This document shows positions 63,021 through 64,000 of a stretch of 64,000 nucleotides of DNA, piece by piece; position 1 is the first letter of the stretch; every line of letters starts with the position of its first letter. A program made the position numbers and the translations under genes. This DNA comes from Candidatus Bathyarchaeia archaeon (GTDB lineage Archaea > Thermoproteota > Bathyarchaeia > Bathyarchaeales > Bathycorpusculaceae). The notes beneath the pieces were generated by a model. It did not search any database and was not told where the DNA came from. It was given only the letters and a program-made list of their open reading frames with translations. The stretch spans positions 32,001 through 96,000 of the forward strand of contig JAVZLH010000003.1 in the NCBI GenBank assembly GCA_038883855.1. Reading direction: 5' to 3'.

Positions 63021-63284
63021 TTACCCGCCAGCCATAAGAGTTAAAAATATTATTTCAGCGTTATCTTCAACTTTTGCTGAAATATCTGAAAATCTGCCAT
63101 TAACTATAACTCTACATTTGTCTATGGCTTCCATTATACCAAGTCTTCCCTCACCCTTAAACTTCTCATCCATTAGCTTTAATATAACATCTTTTATGGT
63201 AGATCCCTCATTTACCTCAACCTTTATGTTAGGACCAAACTTTTCACGAAGTGCTCCCACAAATTTAACAGCTACTTGAAGCAT
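63021..63284 (-). CDS. MoaD/ThiS/SAMP ubiquitin-like sulfur carrier
   Basis: VKFVGALRE, VIVNGR, C-terminal MAGG. Confidence 0.9.
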   Translation of the reverse strand: MLQVAVKFVGALREKFGPNIKVEVNEGSTIKDVILKLMDEKFKGEGRLGIMEAIDKCRVIVNGRFSDISAKVEDNAEIIFLTLMAGG

Positions 63285-63910
63285 AGTTTAAAATTTCGCA
63301 AAGCATTTTATAAGTTTTTTCATAAGAATTTGTTAAAAGTTCTGTTGTATAGTTAAAAGAGCCGTTGTTGCGCGGTGCTTTTTGCTTTTGGTTAAGAGGA
63401 TCATACGGTTGATACTTAAACTTCGTCAACTCTCGATTCCGTTAAGGGCTCATAGGGAAAGCGGTTAGATTTAAGTTTTTATTCTGCTTCTCAGCTATTC
63501 TGAGAGATGTTGTGCGGCGCCGAAGCATTCTCATTGAGTTCATGGACAATAACTTGTTGCTACACATAAAGGCTGTGAAGAACCAAATCCTCAAAGAAGC
63601 TTTTGAATGCTTTAGGAACAGTTCTACTCCCATAGTCTAAACCACCCTCATAATGCTGTTAGAAACCTTCCTCAAGCCCGTCTAAATTCTTTAACCACCT
63701 TAATAGAGACATTAGAGAAGACGCGGACTATCCGAACACGCCTCAAAGTGTGAGTGAGCATACATCCGAAGACATGAAAGAAGCAATTATTATTATCAGT
63801 AAGCAAAAATAGCAAAAGCCTAATGAGCCCAATTTAACATGTTAGTGAGAAAGTTTTAAATATTTTACGAACAATAAGATAAAAACACAAAGTTAATAGG
63901 GAGGATAAAG

Positions 63911-64000
63911 ATGAAAATTGGAGGATACGCAGGAAATATACTCAGAGTTAATCTTTCGTCGAAAAAAACTAAAAAAGAGCAATTAAATCCCGATGTCGCT
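63911..64000 (+). CDS. Aldehyde:ferredoxin oxidoreductase (AOR family), N-terminus only, runs off the window
   Basis: Read by hand: MKIGGYAGNILRVNLSSKK matches the AOR N-terminal GYxGxILRVNL; GGAGG RBS upstream; divergent from MoaD. Confidence 0.75.
   Translation, partial: MKIGGYAGNILRVNLSSKKTKKEQLNPDVA

Noticed and set aside
63442-63633. Short ORF or possible IS remnant between MoaD and AOR
   Set aside because: No transposase motif, inverted repeats or recognisable homology.

Overview
Archaeal chromosome segment, most likely Bathyarchaeia or a TACK relative. This is inferred from the archaeal r-protein set, archaeal SRP RNA, TIP49 and an Ftr homolog, not from a database match. The left part holds a pentameric ligand-gated ion channel, TIP49, an XPD-like helicase, sugar and glycogen genes, and the SRP RNA. 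A ~5 kb patch (11.7-17.0 kb) contains several frameshifted or deleted genes (GH1, pfk, fba, GT2). The centre holds the uL22-secY-cmk ribosomal operon, hypFCD/hypE, etfBA, nfnAB and trxB. The best lead is a purine cluster (purM-S-L-Q converging on purF-purD) that encodes steps 1, 2, 4 and 5 but no PurN or PurT for step 3. Translationally coupled behind purD instead are a HAD phosphatase (EhaR-like), an Ftr formyltransferase paralog (EhaS-like) and a PfkB kinase (EhaT-like), a candidate alternative GAR->FGAR route. The right end is an AT-richer catabolic island: Zn-ADH, split UxaA-family lyase, MoxR/VWA module, an MIP channel lacking both NPA motifs, LUD-CCG oxidoreductase, MoaD and the start of an AOR. 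All calls come from reading motifs by eye; no searches were run.
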